From the sequence record MH221129.1: a stretch of 64,000 nt of DNA. The stretch is one strand, 5' to 3'. Under the pieces are notes generated by a model that worked only from the letters and a program-made list of their open reading frames with translations, had not been told where the DNA came from and did not search any database. The position numbers and the translations under genes are program-made. Shown one piece after another: positions 63,281-64,000 of the stretch (positions are counted from its first letter, which is position 1; each line of letters starts with the position of its first letter).

Positions 63281-64000
63281 TTACTCCATTAACTCGATAA
63301 CCGGCACGAAGAAACCTGTCGCCACATCGGGGTCGACCAACTTAATTGTGGTCAGATTAGTCTTGTTGGCATCCCCCGTTCCCGTGGTGTTGGGCGCACT
63401 CCCACGCATCACCACTTTATTGGAAACAGGGTCGCGCTCCATACACTGCCAGCCGGCACCAAGCCACGACGAACCCGCGTTAAGGAAATAATACACCATC
63501 AGGTTCTGCCAGTTAGGAATCGTCTGTTTCTTCGGTACGAATTCACAGTTCGGGTACACTAAATCGTTGTACTCGCAACGACCGTAGTCGGTCAGGTCGT
63601 GGTCGACACCGTTGATTTCATCCGGTAACGTCATCACAGTTGGTTCGCCTACATCAGTCAAACCGCGAATGCATCGAACGCGATAGGTATCACCCTGCCA
63701 ATCAAAGAGACCGTTCTGGTCTACCCCTGCGAGACTTCCCCTGCCGTCTTCTGGACCGAACCCATCCACACCATACATCAATCCAGCGTTGTAGATATCA
63801 TTCCAGGAAAACTTCTTCTGAATAAATCGCGCACCATTCGGCAGCAGATATAACATCCGACCACGGTGAGAGAATTTCTGTAAATCGAATGTCCAGGTAC
63901 CGCTTAACCCGAACAATGCTCGAAAGCCCGCAGGCATAGCGTCGAAGTTCATTTGTTCAGCAAACGCGATATTACCGAGTAGGGCCAGGTCATCCGTGTC
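63281..64000 (-). CDS. Tail-associated paralog family B, 5'-truncated by the window edge
   Basis: Frame is open from 64000 through ATG 63952; QKFSHRGRMLYL, WNDIYNAGLMYG, VPVIEL. Confidence 0.75.
   Translation of the reverse strand, partial: DTDDLALLGNIAFAEQMNFDAMPAGFRALFGLSGTWTFDLQKFSHRGRMLYLLPNGARFIQKKFSWNDIYNAGLMYGVDGFGPEDGRGSLAGVDQNGLFDWQGDTYRVRCIRGLTDVGEPTVMTLPDEINGVDHDLTDYGRCEYNDLVYPNCEFVPKKQTIPNWQNLMVYYFLNAGSSWLGAGWQCMERDPVSNKVVMRGSAPNTTGTGDANKTNLTTIKLVDPDVATGFFVPVIELME

Larger units (their letters stand above)
1..64000. mobile_element. Segment of a phiKZ-related jumbo bacteriophage genome (Chimalliviridae-like, enterobacterial host likely)
   Basis: Split RNAP beta-C subunit, UvsX, RNase H with long C-terminal extension, SbcC-like ATPase, very large tail-fibre genes, lysis enzymes, dense hypothetical ORFs, no host housekeeping genes. 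Confidence 0.92.

Noticed and set aside
1-64000. tRNA, rRNA, introns/inteins, integrase or IS elements
   Set aside because: None recognised by eye (no cloverleaf-like or intein motifs seen); tRNAscan-SE/Infernal would be needed to exclude them formally.

Overview
The whole 64 kb window is a segment of a lytic phiKZ-related jumbo myovirus. Gene content and order resemble SPN3US/Erwinia-type chimalliviruses; this is recalled, not searched. Left part (1-15 kb): the C-terminal beta-like subunit of the multisubunit virion RNA polymerase, a UvsX/RecA-like recombinase, RNase H, a DEDDh exonuclease, a spanin-like pair and virion proteins. Middle (15-31 kb): an accessory region with an SLT transglycosylase carrying a signal peptide, a DarG-like macrodomain, a GNAT, an SbcC/Rad50 ATPase, an array of tiny membrane ORFs, four secreted Cys-containing paralogs and an ART-like ORF, plus a recurrent 18-nt promoter-like motif. 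Right part (31-64 kb): a tail module with a central spike-like gene, four paralogous fibre genes, two paralog families of tail-associated proteins and cell-wall hydrolases (M15, GH108). The standout is a RiPP-like operon at 48.3-53.7 kb inside the tail-fibre module. It has three Cys/Ser/Gly (CxxxC-repeat) precursor-like peptides, two radical SAM enzymes (one with a SPASM-type domain), two unknown proteins and a DUF4376-like tail-fibre chaperone. No protease or exporter is recognisable in the operon, which suggests enzymatically crosslinked peptides that may be displayed on the virion. No tRNA, rRNA or CRISPR array was seen. All family calls are by visual motif recognition; no searches were run.
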